DNA from: the human T2T-CHM13v2.0 reference genome, Homo sapiens
Length of the DNA: 64,000 bases
Direction: 5' to 3' (one strand)
Assembly: GCF_009914755.1 (NCBI RefSeq)
Contig: NC_060928.1
The notes under the pieces: model-generated
Seen by the model: the letters and a program-made list of their open reading frames with translations, nothing else
Told to the model about the DNA's origin: nothing
Databases searched by the model: none
Shown here: positions 62,945 through 64,000 of the stretch, piece after piece
Numbering within the stretch: the stretch's first letter is position 1
Layout: each line of letters begins with the position of its first letter
Translations under genes and position numbers: made by a program

Positions 62945-63865
62945 GCAATATGCATGTCATCGTAGACATTGTCTATTTTATTTTTTGTTTTGATAATTAC
63001 AAGTGTTAAAAATCTTGTTTCACAAAGATATTTTGTTGCAAATGAAATGACAGCTTTCATATCTGATTTTTCAAGGCTTCTCTCAAGGAACACCAGAATT
63101 ATCTAAGACTTTTAAAGTTCGACTCCAATTTTCTCTTTTTTGTAACAAGAGTCTTGCTCTGTCGCCCAGACTGGTGTGCCGTGGTACGATCTCGGCTCAC
63201 TGCAACCTCCACCTCCCGGGTTCAAGAAATTCTCCTATCTCAGCCTCCTGAATACCTGGGATTATAGGCACGTGCCACCATGCCTGGCTAATTTTTGTAT
63301 TTTTAGTAGAGATGGGGTTTCACCATGTTGGCCAGGCTAGTCTCGAACCAATACAACTTATATTAAAAAGGATATGACTGTGAATTTATGGTTCAGCTTT
63401 GATGCCATTATGACAGAAATAGTTGTTGAAAGAGTTTTAAGTGTCTCTAGATGTACTTAGCTTTCTCTTCTTAAATAAATGGACAGAGAACTTTGTAGAC
63501 ATGGAATTACGGAGAAACAATGTATATCTCTGAATGAGCAATACAGAACACGGGAGAAATAGGCTGATAATTGCTCAATAGCACGGATTATAAGAAGACT
63601 GTGTACCTATCAGGGGTCTAAAAACTTCAATAATTTTGAAGTAGTAGTGAGTGAAATGATATTTCAAGGCATGTCTAACAATTGAATTGGCTCTAAAAAT
63701 ATCTGTGATTTCTACTAGTGGAAAGTCATGAGTTTTGTTAAAACTACTGGAGTTTCTTGCCTACACTCATAATTAAGCAAAATGCTAAATTTTATTTTAA
63801 GGTTAGTGAAAACAAAGATATATTACTCCCCCAACCAAGGTTCTGGATCCAGTTTGGAACACTGT
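62945..63865. mobile_element. hAT-Charlie-like fossil interrupted by a truncated Alu (63134-63348, minus strand)
   Basis: aaaatatctgtgatttctactagtg...aatgctaaattt...ggttagtgaaaacaaagat resembles Charlie terminal sequence. Confidence 0.5.
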
Positions 63866-64000
63866 TCTAGAGCTTAATTCTCAGCCACTGCCATACTCCC
63901 TTTTCCATGGTCAGGAACAAAGGCGGCCGTGAACTCTGAGTTTAGTTCTCATTGTTAGAAGTACCTAAGCATGGTAATCCTCAAGGTAATAGACCACAAG

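Overview
This is primate, almost certainly human, repeat-dense non-genic DNA. I found no cellular protein-coding exon, tRNA or rRNA. Every long ORF in the track comes from a transposable element. The main residents are a full-length L1PA5/6-type LINE-1 (3216-9370) with a nearly intact ORF1 and a dead ORF2, and two full-length SVA retrotransposons facing tail-to-tail about 1.2 kb apart (20589-23182 on +, 24397-27172 on -). There is also a decayed MER39/MER34-group provirus, a 5'-truncated HERV-F/LTR19 provirus (pol-env-LTR), several solo LTRs, about 25 Alus and old MIR/L2/L1M/DNA-transposon fossils. The most interesting signals are structural scars readable from target-site duplications (TSDs): an orphan retrocopy with a TSD, polyadenylated in an MLT1 LTR (57199-57721); an Alu-Alu inversion shown by swapped, inverted TSDs (40475-41128); a two-piece templated insertion inside the ERV pol gene (43133-43381); a probable 5' transduction on the first SVA; a possible gene-conversion tract between the two SVAs; and a ~175-bp duplication around an Alu. 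I cannot support a genuinely new biological system. Repeat subfamily names come from recalled consensus sequences and need RepeatMasker/Dfam confirmation.
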